Source of the DNA: Thiohalomonadaceae bacterium
GTDB taxonomy: Bacteria > Pseudomonadota > Gammaproteobacteria > Thiohalomonadales > Thiohalomonadaceae
Assembly (NCBI GenBank): GCA_041678005.1
Contig: JBAYOW010000001.1
Location: forward strand, 24,809 to 88,808
DNA length: 64,000 nucleotides
Reading direction: 5' to 3'
The position numbers were made by a program, and so were the translations under genes. A model generated the notes under the pieces. That model was not told the DNA's origin. It searched no databases and saw only the letters and a list, made by a program, of their open reading frames with translations. Position 1 is the stretch's first letter, and the number at the start of each line of letters is the position of its first letter. Below are positions 61,665 to 64,000 of the stretch, in pieces.

Positions 61665-62288
61665 TTATACCCCGATCTGCTGGGTATCACCCTTACCCTG
61701 ACGCAACAATACCGGCTTATCATCAACCAAATCGATCACCGTGGTTGATTCCACATCGCCATAACCACCATCAATGATCAAATCCACCTGACGCTCCAGC
61801 TGCAGACGAAACTCGTAAGGGTCGCTGAGCGGCAATTTTTCACCCGGCATGATCAAGGTGGTGCTCATAATCGGCTCACCAAGCTCGGCCAGCAAGCTCT
61901 GCGCTATGACATTGTCCGGCACTCGAATACCGATCGTTTTGCGCTTGGGATGCTGCAGACGTCGTGGCACTTCCTTGGTGGCAGTCAAAACAAAAGTATA
62001 CGGCCCTGGGGTAAGTTGCTTGAGCAGACGATAAGTACTGTTGCCAACCTTAGCATAGGTGGCGATTTCCGATAAATCACGGCAGACCAGGGTGAAATGA
62101 TGACGCTCATCCAAGCGTCGAATAAGGCGTATCCGCTCAATAGCGCCCTTCTCGCCGCTCAGGCAGCCCAGGGCATAACCAGAATCCGTGGGATAAACGA
62201 TGACCCCACCACCACGCAACAAATCGGCCGCCTGACGGATCAGCCGAATCTGCGGATTTTCTGCATGGATCTGAAAAAATTGACTCAT
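61665..62288 (-). CDS. yciO: YciO (Sua5/YrdC/YciO family) protein
   Basis: MSQFFQIHAENPQIRLIRQAADLLRGGGVIVYPTDSGYALGC is nearly collinear with my recollection of E. coli YciO. Confidence 0.9.
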   Translation of the reverse strand: MSQFFQIHAENPQIRLIRQAADLLRGGGVIVYPTDSGYALGCLSGEKGAIERIRLIRRLDERHHFTLVCRDLSEIATYAKVGNSTYRLLKQLTPGPYTFVLTATKEVPRRLQHPKRKTIGIRVPDNVIAQSLLAELGEPIMSTTLIMPGEKLPLSDPYEFRLQLERQVDLIIDGGYGDVESTTVIDLVDDKPVLLRQGKGDTQQIGV

Positions 62289-62321
62289 GATTCAACAAGA
62301 CCTAAAACTGACTGACGAAAA

Positions 62322-63203
62322 CTACCCATGCGATCCAACGGCCTTTGGCTGGCCAAGCTCATATTTATCTTCCCAGGCCTGCCATACTGGAGTAAGACCT
62401 TCAGGCAGCGCAGCCAACTGACCCAGCTCAAGCCAGGCATGCTCCGGGCCATGAAAATCAGAACCAGCCGAGGCCAATAAACCCAGCCCACGGGCATGAC
62501 GCGCCATGGCCTGCACATCGTCTGGCCCATGGCTACCTGAAACAACCTCCATCGCCTCACCGCCATACTCCATAAACTCAACCAACAGACGACGCAACTT
62601 GCTGGTAGTAAGTGGGTAACGTGCAGGATGCGCCATGACTGCAACACCGCCTGCCCCACGAATCCAGCCAACCGCCTCTTCCAGCGCAGCCCATTGGCCG
62701 GGCACATAACCAGGTTTATTCGGCTTGATATAATGCTTGAAGATATCGCGCACTGTCTTGCCACAGCCTTGGCTGACAAGAAAGTGTGCGAAATGCGTGC
62801 GACTGATGACGCGCCCACGACTCAATGCCAAAGCCCCTGCGTGCGCGCCAGCTATTCCACGTTGCGCCAGGCGCCGACCCATCTCCTCGGCGCGCCAGTT
62901 GCGAAAATCACGCAAGCGAGCAAGCCCGGTCTGCAAGGGGATATCTGCAGGATCAATATTCAGGCCAACCACATGAATCGTCATGCCCTGCCAGGTTACG
63001 GAAACCTCTACGCCGGCTAATATCTCGATCCCGCTTGCCTCGGCAGCCAGCCTGGCCTCGGCATGACCTGCCGTATCATCGTGATCGGTCAAGGCCAATA
63101 CCGTCACCCCGGCAGCAGCTGCGCGCTGAACCAGCGCGGTCGGGCTCAAAGTACCATCGGAAATCCAGCTATGGCTGTGCAAATCGTAAGACATAAGTGA
63201 CAC
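62322..63203 (-). CDS. yciV: PHP-domain phosphoesterase (YciV/TrpH family)
   Basis: YDLHSHS..SDG, LALTDHD, HPARY. Adjacent to yciO, as in E. coli. Confidence 0.88.
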   Translation of the reverse strand: MSLMSYDLHSHSWISDGTLSPTALVQRAAAAGVTVLALTDHDDTAGHAEARLAAEASGIEILAGVEVSVTWQGMTIHVVGLNIDPADIPLQTGLARLRDFRNWRAEEMGRRLAQRGIAGAHAGALALSRGRVISRTHFAHFLVSQGCGKTVRDIFKHYIKPNKPGYVPGQWAALEEAVGWIRGAGGVAVMAHPARYPLTTSKLRRLLVEFMEYGGEAMEVVSGSHGPDDVQAMARHARGLGLLASAGSDFHGPEHAWLELGQLAALPEGLTPVWQAWEDKYELGQPKAVGSHG

Positions 63204-63275
63204 ATTCTACCCCAAGCCCATGACAGGATGTGCTAAAGTTGGCGCCCAACAACCCAGCTAGCCCAAAACATCTCC

Positions 63276-63827
63276 ATGAAACTGCTGTTTGACCTCTTTC
63301 CTATCCTGCTGTTTTTCCTGGCCTACAAGCTGTATGACATCTATACCGCAACGGCAGTAGCTATTGCCGCAGCCTTTATTCAGGTCATCTGGTTCTGGTG
63401 GCGGCATCGACGCTTTGAAACCATGCATCTGATAACCCTGGCTCTCATTGCCATCCTCGGCGGTGCCACGCTTTGGCTGCAAAACGAAGCCTTCATAAAA
63501 TGGAAACCAACTGTCGTCAACTGGTTGTTTGCAGTAGCGTTTTTTGCCAGTCAATTCATTGGTCAAAAACCCCTGGCAGAGCGCATGATGGGCACCGCCA
63601 TCCAGCTACCTGGCCAGATCTGGCTGCGCCTCAATCTCGCCTGGGCAGTTTTTTTTCTCGCCCTGGGCTTTGCCAACCTTTATGTTATGTATAACTACAA
63701 CACCGAAATATGGGTCAATTTCAAACTGTTTGGCATGATGGGATTGACGCTGGCATTCCTGATCGCGCAAGCCTTTTACCTGGCTCGTCATATCAAACCA
63801 GCACCAGACAGCCAGGAAACCGATTGA
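63276..63827 (+). CDS. yciB: intracellular septation protein A
   Basis: [18 protein letters not shown]... with five TM segments. 183 aa. Confidence 0.92.
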   Translation: MKLLFDLFPILLFFLAYKLYDIYTATAVAIAAAFIQVIWFWWRHRRFETMHLITLALIAILGGATLWLQNEAFIKWKPTVVNWLFAVAFFASQFIGQKPLAERMMGTAIQLPGQIWLRLNLAWAVFFLALGFANLYVMYNYNTEIWVNFKLFGMMGLTLAFLIAQAFYLARHIKPAPDSQETD

Positions 63828-63828
63828 C

Positions 63829-64000
63829 ATGTACTACGCCATCATCAGCCTGGATGTGCCCGATAGCCTGCCACTGCGCCAACAGGCCCGTCCCGAGCAC
63901 CTCAAACGCTTGCAACAGCTTAAGGATTCAGGTCGTCTGCTACTGGCCGGGCCACACCCTGCTATAGATAGTGAAGACCCCGGTCCCGCAGGTTTTACCG
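63829..64000 (+). CDS. yciI: YciI-family protein; 3' end lies outside the window
   Basis: ATG at 63829, two nt after the yciB stop. My own translation reads [42 protein letters not shown]. It is absent from the ORF track because no stop falls within the window. Confidence 0.75.
   Translation, partial: MYYAIISLDVPDSLPLRQQARPEHLKRLQQLKDSGRLLLAGPHPAIDSEDPGPAGFT

Noticed and set aside
37068-61726. Long N-terminal extensions in the track ORFs for pheA (to 38297), mtnA (to 44359), scpA (to 59818), the M50 protease (to 61726), hpnD (from 51931) and hpnE (from 52782).
   Set aside because: The extensions overlap the preceding gene and have odd composition. Each contains an internal start that reproduces the conserved family N-terminus, often with an ATGA-type overlap. 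I treated them as ORF-calling artefacts, not novel domains.
1-64000. A search for CRISPR arrays, tandem repeats, retron-like or DGR-like repeats, and toxin-antitoxin pairs across the whole window.
   Set aside because: I saw no regularly spaced direct repeats and no cas, reverse-transcriptase or typical TA genes. The only dispersed repeat I detected by eye is the MITE pair reported above. A computational repeat scan would be more sensitive.

Overview
This window is dense, mostly housekeeping chromosome from a Gammaproteobacterium-like genome. That guess rests on synteny (yciV-yciO / yciB-yciI, gyrA-serC-pheA-hisC-tyrA-aroA-cmk-rpsA-ihfB, exbBD-msbA-lpxK-ycaR-kdsB-ptp) and on the hpnCDE squalene genes; I cannot name the species. 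I can support about 62 protein genes, one tRNA-Ser(GGA), the SRP (4.5S) RNA, two copies of a 140-bp MITE-like element, and one or two hairpin terminators. I saw no CRISPR array, integrase, transposase or recognisable defence genes. Five regions stand out from the conserved background. (1) Two near-identical MITE-like elements with IS5-like ends and YTAR-type flanking repeats bracket a single calcium-binding-repeat gene (15.36-16.89 kb). (2) A visibly more AT-rich three-gene membrane cluster at 23.7-27.5 kb holds an orphan 710-aa EF-hand membrane protein, LemA, and a GIDE-like EF-hand membrane protein. (3) A small restriction-endonuclease-like ORF sits directly upstream of the DinG/YoaA helicase, divergent from a two-kinase fusion gene (19.5-21.7 kb). 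(4) An orphan small ORF lies in an AT-rich gap near tRNA-Ser. (5) A DUF1631 protein lies between two methylthioadenosine-recycling genes. None of these is demonstrably a new system from sequence alone; the EF-hand/LemA/GIDE cluster and the MITE-bracketed gene are the best candidates for follow-up. All homology calls come from motif recognition on the supplied translations, with no database search. Start codons are approximate, and I trimmed several track ORFs to internal starts.
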